From Alphaproteobacteria bacterium (GTDB lineage Bacteria > Pseudomonadota > Alphaproteobacteria > JAAXGF01), in NCBI GenBank assembly GCA_963555825.3, contig CAUVXB020000001.1, forward strand, positions 896,001 through 960,000: DNA of 64,000 bases, in the 5' to 3' direction. This document shows, one piece after another, positions 24,142-34,247 of this stretch. Under the pieces are notes generated by a model, which saw nothing but the letters and a program-made list of their open reading frames with translations, had not been told where the DNA came from and ran no database searches. Position numbers and translations under genes: made by a program. Numbering within the stretch: position 1 is the stretch's first letter; each line of letters starts with the position of its first letter.

Positions 24142-25146
24142 TCACGCCGTGCAGCGTGTGCCCACAGTCAGAACCGCCGCCCCGGTAATGCGACCGTCGC
24201 GCAGCCGATCGAGCGCGTCATTGGCCTGATCGAGCGGGAACAGCTCGACCTCGGTCCTGATCGGCACCTTCGGCGCCAACGCCAGAAATTCCTCACCGTC
24301 GCGGCGCGTCAGATTGGCGACCGAGCAAATCCGCCTCTCTTGCCACAATATTCGATAGGGGAAGGACGGGATATCGCTCATGTGGATGCCGGCGCAGACC
24401 ACCGTGCCGCCCTTGGCGACCGCCTCGAGCGCCGCCGGCACCAGGGCGCCGACCGGCGCGAAGATGATCGCCGCGTCGAGCGGCTCCGGCGGCCGATCGC
24501 CGGAAGCGCCGGCCCAGACCGCGCCGAGCTGGCGCGCGAAGGCCTGCGCCCGATCGTCGCCGGCGCGGGTGAAGGCGTAGACCTCGCGGCCCTGATGGCG
24601 CGCCACCTGGGCGACGATATGCGCCGCCGCGCCGAAGCCATAGATGCCGAGCCGCCGCGCGTCGCCCGCCATGCGCAGCGCGCGATAGCCGATCAGCCCG
24701 GCACACAACAGCGGCGCGGCCTCGGCGTCGGTATAGTGGTCGCCTTCGATCGGAAACACATAGCGCGCGTCCGCCAGGGCATATTCGGCGTAGCCGCCGT
24801 CGATCTGATAGCCGGTGAATGCCGCCTCGTCGCACAGGTTCTCGCGATCGCTGCGGCAAAAGGCACAGGCACCGCAGGTGTAGCCCAACCACGGCACGCC
24901 GACCCGCTGGCCGGGGGCGAGACGCGTGACGCCGGTGCCGACTTCGGCGATGCGGCCGACGATCTCGTGGCCGGGCACGATCGGCGAGCGGATCGTCGGC
25001 AGGTCGCCGTCGACGATATGCAGATCGGTGCGGCAGACGCCGCAGGCGCCGACTTCGATGACGACCTGGCCGGGCCCGGCGGTGGGCCTGGGAAGGTCGA
25101 TCGGCTGCAGGCCGTCGCCCACGCGGTGCAACGCCATCGCGCGCAT
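24142..25146 (-). CDS. Zinc-dependent alcohol dehydrogenase
   Basis: CGVCRTDLH, PGHE, CGACAFC..C, GFGAAA. Confidence 0.94.
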   Translation of the reverse strand: MRAMALHRVGDGLQPIDLPRPTAGPGQVVIEVGACGVCRTDLHIVDGDLPTIRSPIVPGHEIVGRIAEVGTGVTRLAPGQRVGVPWLGYTCGACAFCRSDRENLCDEAAFTGYQIDGGYAEYALADARYVFPIEGDHYTDAEAAPLLCAGLIGYRALRMAGDARRLGIYGFGAAAHIVAQVARHQGREVYAFTRAGDDRAQAFARQLGAVWAGASGDRPPEPLDAAIIFAPVGALVPAALEAVAKGGTVVCAGIHMSDIPSFPYRILWQERRICSVANLTRRDGEEFLALAPKVPIRTEVELFPLDQANDALDRLRDGRITGAAVLTVGTRCTA

Positions 25147-25445
25147 GGCGTTCTCCTCGATATACGGTTCCGCCTAGCTATAGCTCGATTGCGCCGCCCG
25201 GGCCATGACCTAGCCCAAACCCGCGACCGCCTCGGCGAGACGGTCACACGCCGTAGCCTCGTTGGATACCCGCGCCGAGATGCGCAGCCCGTAATGGCCG
25301 TCGGCGGCGTAGGCGGACAGCTCGCTGGCGTGCGCGTCGACGGGTCGGTCGTGCAATTGCGGAAGACCGCGACTTCGCGGCGACGCCGGTTGACACGCCC
25401 GCCGGCCTCGCCGAAAGTCGCGGCGTGGGCACTCTATCGAAACGA

Positions 25446-25905
25446 ATGACGATTGCCATGGCGCTCATGGTCGCGCTCGCCATGCCGGCGTGCGGGCATC
25501 GGAGAAGGCTATGACGCGTATGAGCGCGGCGACTATGTCGCGGCGTTTCGCGAATGGCTGCCGGTCGCCGAGGCAGGCAGCGCCGAGGCACAGTTCAACA
25601 TCGCCGTGATGTTCCAGAAGGGCCGCGGCGTGCCGGCAGACAGCGCGGAAGCACTACGCTGGTACCGCCGCGCCGCCTGGCAAGGCCACGCCGACGCGCA
25701 GAACAACCTGGGCGGCATGCTGAGCCGCGGCGAGGGCATCCCCGAGGACTATGTTCAGGCGCATATGTGGTTCAGCCTGGCCGCCGCCCGGGCCAAGCAA
25801 TCCGCGCAACGCAACCTCGACACGCTGGCGCCCAAGATGCGCGCCCGCGATATCGCCAAGGCCGAGCGTCTGGCCGAAAACTGGCGCGCCACCGCCGGTC
25901 AGTGA
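25446..25905 (+). CDS. Small secreted Sel1-repeat protein, frameshift near 25492
   Basis: Signal MTIAMALMVALAMPA in one frame; GYDAYERGDY..AQFNIA..AQNNLG in another. Confidence 0.78.
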
Positions 25906-25912
25906 CGCGCAG

Positions 25913-26272
25913 TCACTCCAGGCCGTGGCGCTGTTTCCAGTCGACCGGATAGACCGTATAGAAGCAGACGGCGCGGGCCTCGGCCTCATAGACGATCGGC
26001 GTGTCCGCGGGAATCCACAACACGTCGCCCGGGTCGCATTCATAGACCTCGTCGCCGGCGCGCATTGTGAAATGCCCCTCGAGCACGACGACGAATTCGT
26101 CGTAGAGCACGGTCCAGGGGATCGAGACGCCCTTCTCGAACACCGCGACGCCGCCGCCCATCGTCTGGCTCCGTTCGGGCCCGACGAGGCGTGCGATCTC
26201 GGCGTTGCCGGGCGGGCCGCCGTAGTGCTCGAAAGTGATCTCGTCCTTCTTGAAAAGACTGATGCCAGACAT
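25913..26272 (-). CDS. Cupin, EutQ-like
   Basis: WTVLYDEFVVVLEG, PGDVLWIP, YTVYPVDW. Confidence 0.85.
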   Translation of the reverse strand: MSGISLFKKDEITFEHYGGPPGNAEIARLVGPERSQTMGGGVAVFEKGVSIPWTVLYDEFVVVLEGHFTMRAGDEVYECDPGDVLWIPADTPIVYEAEARAVCFYTVYPVDWKQRHGLE

Positions 26273-26491
26273 CCGATCCTCCCATCTCGCCATCTGCCAT
26301 TGTCAGCATAGTACGATCAACGTCCGCGCCGGGCGAATTTTAGCGCGCGTTTCAAGTTTACTAGTCCGGCGTCGTGTGCGGCGTTATAGTGCATCCACCC
26401 GCTCGCATTGTCTGTGGGGATGGCGGTCGGGACGGTGCCTCGACGGTTGGGGCCCGATACAGCAAACGCATAGTCCAAGTGGGGAAATACG

Positions 26492-26641
26492 ATGGCCGAT
26501 CAACAGATGAGCGACAAGAACATTCAGATTGCTCTGTTCGTCATGGTCGTGATTCTCATCGGAGTGGTGATCTGGGAAGAGGCGCGGCTCAGTAAGGCGG
26601 TTGAACTCTGCCAGGCATTCATCGAATCGGTTCCTGATTAG
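26492..26641 (+). CDS. 49-aa single-pass membrane peptide (below the ORF-track cutoff)
   Basis: GGGGA RBS; MADQQMSDKNIQIALFVMVVILIGVVIWEEARLSKAVELCQAFIESVPD*. Confidence 0.5.
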   Translation: MADQQMSDKNIQIALFVMVVILIGVVIWEEARLSKAVELCQAFIESVPD

Positions 26642-26707
26642 CCGAAGACGCAGGGTTCCGGACCCGGCGAGGCGGCATTCGGTCGCTTGCCGATCCGCTG
26701 GCAGCGC

Positions 26708-27541
26708 CTAGTCGCCCGCCAGCAGACGACGCAGACGCGCCTCGAGCGCGACGGTCACCTTGACCGTGCGACGTTTCACCGACAATGCTTCAATCGCGGC
26801 AAGCGCGTCGGCGTAGGCCGTCGATGCCTCGTGAACGCGCCCCGCCGCGTGCAGGACATCGCCGCGCCGCGCCAACCAATCGGGGCGCTCGGCGAGTACG
26901 TCGGGCAGGCTTACAAAGCGCGCCAACGCGACATCGTACCGACCGCGGCCGGTCTCTACGTCGATCGCGAATTCGATCAGCGTAACGAGTGGACCCAGGC
27001 GGGCGATCGCCTCGTCGATACCGCGTAGGCCAGCGTCGACATGCGCGCCGCCCTCGGCGACCAACCATCGCGCACGTTGGAGATAATGTTCGGGCTCGGG
27101 CGGGTCCAAGCGGGCGATGACCCGGTCGTAGTCGGCCGCCGCAGCCAAGCGATCGCCCAACGCGCCGAGCACGCGGCCACGAATGACGAGACCCGGGACG
27201 TGACCGGGCCGCGCCGCGATGAACCGGTCGAGTGCCGACCGCGCAGGTGCCGGCCGGCCGGCCTCGAACCACAGGCGTCCCAGGTAGAACTGAAGATCGG
27301 GATCATCGGGGGTAAGCCCGACGGCCGTTTCGAGATCGGCCTCGGCGAGCGCCCATTCGCGGTTCAGCCGGTAGAGGTCGCTGCGTTGGACGTAGAGTTC
27401 GGCGTCGTTCGGGTGCTCGGTGATTTCAGCGTTGAGCTGATCGAGTTTGAGACCGATCTGCTGATGCGCCGAGCATGGCGACGCGATCGCCAGCGTGGCG
27501 CCGATACCCAGCATCGCCAACCATGAACCGCGCAACCGCAT
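26708..27541 (-). CDS. Exported TPR protein
   Basis: Signal peptide followed by tandem TPR-like helices. Confidence 0.82.
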   Translation of the reverse strand: MRLRGSWLAMLGIGATLAIASPCSAHQQIGLKLDQLNAEITEHPNDAELYVQRSDLYRLNREWALAEADLETAVGLTPDDPDLQFYLGRLWFEAGRPAPARSALDRFIAARPGHVPGLVIRGRVLGALGDRLAAAADYDRVIARLDPPEPEHYLQRARWLVAEGGAHVDAGLRGIDEAIARLGPLVTLIEFAIDVETGRGRYDVALARFVSLPDVLAERPDWLARRGDVLHAAGRVHEASTAYADALAAIEALSVKRRTVKVTVALEARLRRLLAGD

Positions 27542-27551
27542 CGGCCGCGAC

Positions 27552-30500
27552 TCAGGGTACCAGTGCAATGTCTGTAAGGGTCGAGCTTGCCAGGTCGAGC
27601 GTATCGTTACCCCGGCTGACGGTGCTCACGGTGAAGCGGAACCCGTCGCCTGACGATGCGCGCAGTTTCGACGACTTCGTGGTGAACTGGCCGTTGCCGT
27701 CGGTGGTCGCGACGACCTGATTCAGATCGTTCGAGCCGCCGTCGAAGGGCTCGTGCGCCCAAAGGCCCGTGACCGTCGCGCCGGCGGCGGGCGCGTTGCC
27801 TGCGTCGAGCACCGTGACGGTCGTCGCGCCCGACCAGTTCTTCCCCCTCGAGCTGACCGTTACGTCGAAGGCTGGCACATGCAGCACCATCGGCGTGCCA
27901 TCGCTCACCGTCGCCGAGGCGACGTCCGAGAAGCCGGATTCGAACCCGGCGCCGCCGTCGAGCGTCGTGACCACGTAGTCGTGGGTGCCGGCCGCCAAGC
28001 CGGCGTCGACATAACTCGTCGCCGTCGTCGTGCCCCGCGACAGGAAATTCGGGTCGCCGGGCGCCTTGCGATAGACGCCATAGCCCGTCGCGCCGCTGAC
28101 CTGGGACCAACTCACCGTGATCGTGTCGCCGATGGCGCTGGCGCCGACGCCCGACGGCGCCGGCAGGTCGCCCGGTCCGGTGGTGCACTGCACGCCGTCG
28201 GTGTCGATGCAGTCGGACGTCTCGACGTTGGCGCCCGGATCATAGCTGCTTCCCGTGATGACGATGTCGGTGACCGCGAAGATGAACTCGCCGGCGTTCG
28301 ACTTCGAGGTCTTCGGCGAGGTGAAGTTCGCCTCGCCGGTCGCGCCGGTGGCGTCCGTCTGGTCGGCGCTGACCAAGCCCGACCAGCGGCCGTGGACGGT
28401 CGCGCCCTCGACCCCGACGACGCCGGTCTCGTCGACCACGGCGACGAGCGCCGTCGCCGCGACGTTCTTCTTGCCGACGTTCTTGAGTTGGACTTCGACG
28501 TCGAGCACGCTGGTCGCGGCGCCCGGTGGGCCGAACGTCGCAGCCGAATCGGACGCGCTGAGTCCTGAAGTGTTGCCGGCGGCATCGAACGCCCCGACCG
28601 CGTAGTGATAGGTCGTCGACGGATCGAGGCTGGCATCAGTGTAACTCGTCGTCACCGTCGTCGTCACCATCGCGCCGTCGCGATAGACGTCGTAGCCCGT
28701 AACGCCGACGTTATCGCTCGATGCCTGCCAGCTCAGCGCGACTTCGCTTTCCGATTGCGCCGTCGCCGTCAGGCCGGTCGGCACGCTGGGCGCATCGAGG
28801 TCGCCGCCCGACGGCGGCAGTGTGTAGGTCACGTGCAATGCCGGGCGCTGCAAGGGCGACGCCTCGCGCGACCGGACGTCGGCGCCGTCGTTGGTGCCAC
28901 TACTGACAATGATAAAACCGAAGTTCGGAGATGCGCCCTGGACCCAGCTTTCGATCAGGTCGAGGCCGTCGGCGTTGAGCTGGATGGTCGCGATACCGCT
29001 GGTCGCCGGGCTGAGCGTGCCGACCACCAGTGTCCCGCGGTCAGCCGCCCCGCTCGCGCCCGGTGCACCCCACGGCAAACTCGACGTGCGTGAATTCCAA
29101 GTCGCCTCCGCCTCGAACCAATCCTGCAGGATGGCATAGAGGTTGTAGCTGCCCGCGCTGACGTTGAAGACGTCGAGCTCGATCGAGGCGGCGTCGACGG
29201 TCGCGTTAAAGGGAATTTCCGAGACGTCCCAGCCGACCAGCGCGACGAGCTCGCTGCCACCGTCGTCGCCGTCCATCAGGAGCTGAGCTTCGTTGTTGAA
29301 GTTGGTGTCGGGCTGCAGTGTGCGGAGATAGACGTCCTGTGTGCCGTCATAGAGCGAGGTCGGCGCCACGCCGTCCTGGAAACTACGCGACTGCACCGTC
29401 TCAAGGACGAAAGGGGCGGTGCTGTCCGTCACGATCACGTTGCCCTCGAGATCGGTGACATCGTTGACCGTGACCGTGTAGCTCAGTCCATCGGTCAGTT
29501 CCGACGTCGTCAGCGTCGTCCTGTTCAGGCCGCTGTCGTGACTCGCATCGACAACCACGATGCCCTGGTCGATGGCGTAGTTCGCCGGGTCTTCGGCGGT
29601 GGCTGCGTCGACACGCTCGGAGTAGGTGACGAAGACCGTCGTCGCGTCACCGGCGTCGGCCGCGAGGATCGTCGGCGGCGTGACGTCGGCGCCGTTGATC
29701 ATGGTGAAGCTGTCGAGTACTTGGCCCGTCTCGCTGATGAACACCGCGTCGAGCCGGTTGCCGTCGACATCGAGCACGACCGAGCCGAGGTTCTTGATCG
29801 AATAGAACATCGCCGGGTGGTTCAGCGAACCGCTGCCGGTCGCCTTGCCCGAACTGCCGGCCACGGTATAGACCGCGCCGTCGTTCGCAATTGGCGTCGA
29901 TTCGTCCTTGAAATAGGCGCCGTCGCCGCCTTCGCGGCCATCGCCGTTGTCAAGGATCATGTTTGGCGCGAGCGTGCCCGAGACGTCGTAGTGGCCGGTC
30001 AACAGGAATGAGCGCTCGTAGGAGTGGCTGTGACCGCCGAGCACCAAGTCGACGCCGTATTCCTCGAGGATCGGCAGGGCGTTCTCGCGCATCTCGATCA
30101 GCCGGCTCTCGGTGTCGGAATTGTGCGAACCCTTGGTGTAGGGCGGATGGTGCCAATAGGCGATGACCCAGTCCTGGTCAGTCGACGACAGGTCGTTTTC
30201 GAGCCAGGTCAGCATGGCGCCGCCCGGCGCGTTGCTCGACCCGAACGAGTCGAGCACGATGAAGTGGATGTTGGCGTGGTCGAACGAATAGTAGGCCTCG
30301 GTGCCCGACAACAAACCGCCCGCCTCGCCGGCCGTCGGCAGCGTGAAGATGTCGTAATAGGCGGCGTTGGCGCCGCTGCCGAGGGTCACCGACTTGTCGT
30401 GGTTGCCGCGCGTCGGCCAGACCGGCGCCTGACGCAACAACTCGGGGTACATGTCGAAGACGGCGACCTCGTATTGATAGTCCTTGCCGTCGTTGTAAGC

Positions 30501-31052
30501 GTTGTCGCCGAGCATCAGCCACAAATCGGTCGGCCGGCTCTCGGCCGCCACCTTGGCCTTGTAGGCGTCGCGCACGGCCGCCGCGTCGCTGTTGGCGGTG
30601 CCCGAATCACCGATCGCCCAGATGCGTGTCGCCTGGGCGGTACCGACGATCGGCGGCGTGACGAAGCTGTAGGTCGCGTCGCCGCCGGCGTTGACGCCCG
30701 ATTCGTCGCCGATGTCGTAGTAGTAGCGCGTATCGGGCGTGAGCCCGGTCAGCGCGACCTCATGCTCGGTGACCGTGCGATCGACATCGCCCGTGCCGAG
30801 AACAACCGCCTGCTGCGACGCTGCGTTGGCCGACGAATCGAGCGCGCCCAACGTCGTGCCATAGTTGACGACCGACGTCGTCGCAGGGTCGGTGCCTTCG
30901 GTGCGCCAGCGCAGGACGATGCCGGTCGGCGTCGCGATCTGAAGATAGGGCCCGCGCTCGACCGTTGCCGCGGCGATCGTCTGACCAACACTGAATGTTC
31001 CAATGAACAGGGCGGCGAAAGCCGCGATGACCCATGCCGTCCGTATACGCAC
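27552..31052 (-). CDS. Secreted purple acid phosphatase/metallophosphoesterase with DNRLRE-like and FN3 domains
   Basis: GGAGG RBS and GTG start; RGPYLQ, GDSG, LGDNAY, GNHD, HHPPY, GHSHSYERS; FN3 APSVPTGL..LSW..Y. Confidence 0.9.
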   Translation of the reverse strand: MRIRTAWVIAAFAALFIGTFSVGQTIAAATVERGPYLQIATPTGIVLRWRTEGTDPATTSVVNYGTTLGALDSSANAASQQAVVLGTGDVDRTVTEHEVALTGLTPDTRYYYDIGDESGVNAGGDATYSFVTPPIVGTAQATRIWAIGDSGTANSDAAAVRDAYKAKVAAESRPTDLWLMLGDNAYNDGKDYQYEVAVFDMYPELLRQAPVWPTRGNHDKSVTLGSGANAAYYDIFTLPTAGEAGGLLSGTEAYYSFDHANIHFIVLDSFGSSNAPGGAMLTWLENDLSSTDQDWVIAYWHHPPYTKGSHNSDTESRLIEMRENALPILEEYGVDLVLGGHSHSYERSFLLTGHYDVSGTLAPNMILDNGDGREGGDGAYFKDESTPIANDGAVYTVAGSSGKATGSGSLNHPAMFYSIKNLGSVVLDVDGNRLDAVFISETGQVLDSFTMINGADVTPPTILAADAGDATTVFVTYSERVDAATAEDPANYAIDQGIVVVDASHDSGLNRTTLTTSELTDGLSYTVTVNDVTDLEGNVIVTDSTAPFVLETVQSRSFQDGVAPTSLYDGTQDVYLRTLQPDTNFNNEAQLLMDGDDGGSELVALVGWDVSEIPFNATVDAASIELDVFNVSAGSYNLYAILQDWFEAEATWNSRTSSLPWGAPGASGAADRGTLVVGTLSPATSGIATIQLNADGLDLIESWVQGASPNFGFIIVSSGTNDGADVRSREASPLQRPALHVTYTLPPSGGDLDAPSVPTGLTATAQSESEVALSWQASSDNVGVTGYDVYRDGAMVTTTVTTSYTDASLDPSTTYHYAVGAFDAAGNTSGLSASDSAATFGPPGAATSVLDVEVQLKNVGKKNVAATALVAVVDETGVVGVEGATVHGRWSGLVSADQTDATGATGEANFTSPKTSKSNAGEFIFAVTDIVITGSSYDPGANVETSDCIDTDGVQCTTGPGDLPAPSGVGASAIGDTITVSWSQVSGATGYGVYRKAPGDPNFLSRGTTTATSYVDAGLAAGTHDYVVTTLDGGAGFESGFSDVASATVSDGTPMVLHVPAFDVTVSSRGKNWSGATTVTVLDAGNAPAAGATVTGLWAHEPFDGGSNDLNQVVATTDGNGQFTTKSSKLRASSGDGFRFTVSTVSRGNDTLDLASSTLTDIALVP

Positions 31053-31329
31053 CAGCCCGTCACCTCCAATTATCACAGCGAAGACCGCCGTGACACGACG
31101 GACTCCTCGACACCAGTGTACAGCCGACAGCGGCCGGGTCATCATCCTAACGGGTGACATCGCGCCAATATGGTTTGCCGGCGGGCCGCTGTCACCCGCG
31201 GAGAAGAAGGCGCCGATCGGCCACGATTGGCGATAGACAGGCCGACACGCGCCTTGCCTTTCACCGATCGATCGCCAACCATGCGCCGCGAAGGCCGCCG
31301 ACGCGGCCAGCGACATGGGAACCGCCGCC

Positions 31330-33234
31330 ATGGCCAGGTTGACGATCGGCAACCCGACGGGGATCGCAGCGAAGCTGCGGCAGGGCCTGGCGCACCAGCG
31401 CGCCGGCCATCTGCCCGAGGCCGAAGCGGCATACCGGCGCATCCTGACGGTCGAACCGGACCACGCCGACGCCTGGCACCACCTCGGCCTCATCGCGCAC
31501 CGGCTCGGCAATTTGGACGCCGCCGAGACGATGATCGCCAGATCGATCGCGCTGAACCCCGGCTCGGCCACCTATCGCGCCAATCAAGGGCTGGTGCTGC
31601 GGCGGCACGGGCGGCTGGAAGCGGCGCTCGACGCCTATCTGAAGGCGCGCGAGATCAACGGCGACCTGGTCGAGGTCCACGTCAACCTGGGCAACCTGTA
31701 CAAGGATCTGGGCCGGACCGACGAGACGATCGCCGCCTATCGCGCGGCGCTGGCCGCCAAGCCCGGTCACGCCGCGGCCGCGTACAATCTGGGCAACACC
31801 TACAAGGACATGGGCCGGATCGACGAGGCCGCCGCGGCCTATCGCACGGCGATCGAGGCCAAACCCGAATTCGCCCGCGCCCACAACAATCTCGGCATCG
31901 TGCTCGCCGAACGCGGCCACGCGGAAGAGGCGCTCGCCGCATACCGCGCGGCGGTCGAACACAAACCGGACTTTGCCGAGCCCCACAGCAACATCGGCAA
32001 CCTGCTGCGCGAGGCGGGACGCATCGACGAGGCGCTCGACGCGTTCCGCGCGGCGCTCGGCGCCGATCCCGGTTTCGCCGAGGCGCACAACAACCTGGGC
32101 AACACGCTGCTCGATCGGGGCGACATCGACGGCGCGCGTGCCGCCTATCGCGGGGCGATCGAGGTTAGGCCCGACTTCGCAGAGGCCTACCGCAATCTCA
32201 GCACGCTCGAGGGCTTCGCGCCCGACGGCGGCGACATTGAGGCGATGAGCCGGCTGATCGAGGATGCGGCGACGCCGCGTGGTGATCTCATCTATCTGCG
32301 CTACGCGCGCGCCAGGGCGTTTCACGACCGGGCCGCCTTCGACGAAGCCTTCGCCGACTACCTGGCGGGCAGCGCGCTGAAACGGACCGAGATCGACTTC
32401 AATCTGAACGCCCAGGCCGGCCTCTACCGGCGCATCGCCGCGACCTTCGACGACGCGTTCCTGGCGCGCTTCGCCGACGCGGGCGATCCCTCCGAGCTGC
32501 CCGTGTTCATCGTCGGCATGCCGCGTTCGGGAACCTCGCTGGTCGAGCAGATCCTGGCCAGCCATCCGGCGGTTCACGGTGGCGGCGAACTCGACGACCT
32601 CGGCGCCATCATCGATGGTTTGCCCGCAAGCCTCGCATCGTCGAAGCCCTATCCGGCCTGCATCGCCGACGCCGACGCCGAGATGCTGCGCGGGCTCGGC
32701 GCGCGTTATGTCGCGGGGCTGCGCGCGCTTGCGCCGGCGGCGGCGCGCATCACCGACAAGATGCCGGCCAACACCCGCCACATCGGGCTGATCCGCTGCC
32801 TGCTGCCGGGCGCGCGCATCGTCCACTGCCGACGCGATCCGCTCGACACCTGCCTGTCCTGCTTCACCACGCTGTTCACGATCGGTCAGGACTTCTCCTA
32901 CGACCTCGCCGAGCTGGGCGGCTACTACCGGGCCTACGATGGGCTGATGGCGCATTGGCGAACGCTCGTGCCCGACATGCTCAACATCGACTACGAGGAC
33001 GTCGTCGCCGATCTCGAAGGGCAAGCGCGCCGGTTGGTCGACTTCTGCGGGCTCGAATGGGACGACGCGTGTCTCAATTTCGACAAGACCGAGCGGATCG
33101 TGCGCACGGCCAGTTCGGCGCAGGTCCGCCGCCCGATCTATGACGCTTCGGTCGCGCGCTGGAAACGCTACGAAGCCCACCTCGGCCCGTTGATCGAGGC
33201 GCTCGGGCCCGATCTCGTCAAAGCGCCCGGTTGA
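31330..33234 (+). CDS. TPR-containing sulfotransferase family protein
   Basis: About 8 TPRs; PVFIVGMPRSGTSLVEQIL, TDKMP, RDPLDTCLS, TASSAQVR. Confidence 0.93.
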   Translation: MARLTIGNPTGIAAKLRQGLAHQRAGHLPEAEAAYRRILTVEPDHADAWHHLGLIAHRLGNLDAAETMIARSIALNPGSATYRANQGLVLRRHGRLEAALDAYLKAREINGDLVEVHVNLGNLYKDLGRTDETIAAYRAALAAKPGHAAAAYNLGNTYKDMGRIDEAAAAYRTAIEAKPEFARAHNNLGIVLAERGHAEEALAAYRAAVEHKPDFAEPHSNIGNLLREAGRIDEALDAFRAALGADPGFAEAHNNLGNTLLDRGDIDGARAAYRGAIEVRPDFAEAYRNLSTLEGFAPDGGDIEAMSRLIEDAATPRGDLIYLRYARARAFHDRAAFDEAFADYLAGSALKRTEIDFNLNAQAGLYRRIAATFDDAFLARFADAGDPSELPVFIVGMPRSGTSLVEQILASHPAVHGGGELDDLGAIIDGLPASLASSKPYPACIADADAEMLRGLGARYVAGLRALAPAAARITDKMPANTRHIGLIRCLLPGARIVHCRRDPLDTCLSCFTTLFTIGQDFSYDLAELGGYYRAYDGLMAHWRTLVPDMLNIDYEDVVADLEGQARRLVDFCGLEWDDACLNFDKTERIVRTASSAQVRRPIYDASVARWKRYEAHLGPLIEALGPDLVKAPG

Positions 33235-33964
33235 GCCCGCCGTCGGCGACGATCACCTGGCCGGTGATGTAGCCCGCCTCGGCCGAGGCGAGGAACGCCG
33301 CCGTGGCGCCGATCTCGTCGACCGCGCCGGCGCGCGCCATCGGGATGCTGTGAATCAAGTCGTCCGACCAGCTGTGGTTGTCGAGATAGCCGGGCGCCAG
33401 GTCGTTCATGCGGATGCCGTCGCGCGCGTAGCGGTCGGCATAGAGCTTGGTGAAGCCCCGGGTGGCGATCCGGATGGTCGACGACATCGGGAAGAACTGG
33501 CTGGCGTCGCGCACCGAAAAAGCCGAGATGTTGACGATCGCACCGCCGCCCTGGGTCTGCATGATCGGCGTCACCAGCCGCGCCATGCGCACGACGTTGA
33601 GCAGGTAGACGTCGAGCGCCGTGTGCCAGTCGTCGTCGCCGATGTCGAGCAGATGGCCCTCGGCGTCGGCGTCGAAGGACCGCCCGGTCGGGCGGCTCGA
33701 GCCGGTCGCGTGGCCGGTGTTGTTGACCACCGCGTCGATCCGCCCATGCGTCTCCATGGCCGTCGCGACGAGCCGCTCGAGATCGGGGTTCTCGGTGACC
33801 GAGCCCTGGACGGCCGTGGCGCCGAGCGCCTCGGCGACGGTGGCCGCCGAGGCGCCGCGCGACATCAGCACCAGGGCGTGGCCGCGCGCCGCTAGTGCGC
33901 GCGCGCAGGCCGCGCCGATGCCGCCGCCCGCGGCGGTGACGATGGCGACAGGTTGTGTGCTCAT
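33218..33964 (-). CDS. SDR family oxidoreductase (complete copy)
   Basis: TAAGGGIG, VNNTGH, YITGQ..DGG. Confidence 0.9.
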   Translation of the reverse strand: MSTQPVAIVTAAGGGIGAACARALAARGHALVLMSRGASAATVAEALGATAVQGSVTENPDLERLVATAMETHGRIDAVVNNTGHATGSSRPTGRSFDADAEGHLLDIGDDDWHTALDVYLLNVVRMARLVTPIMQTQGGGAIVNISAFSVRDASQFFPMSSTIRIATRGFTKLYADRYARDGIRMNDLAPGYLDNHSWSDDLIHSIPMARAGAVDEIGATAAFLASAEAGYITGQVIVADGGLNRAL

Positions 33965-34247
33965 GAGTACCTCCTCAGACGTAAGCCGACCGTGGCGGAG
34001 TACAGCAATTCGACAGGCGAGGCAAACGTCGGCTGCGCGACCTCGGCGATCGCGGCGAGGCAGGGGTGGCGGTCACGATAATTCGGCAGATTGATTTGCA
34101 TGTCTGCCCTCGGTCATGCCGGATCAATCTGGTGGGCCCCGGGCCGAATCAAGGTCGGGCACTCCGATAATACGCTGGAGACAACTGGGAATTGAACATG
34201 TAGACTTTCCACTCAAGGAACGGAGCAGATAACTCAGGAGGTAACCC

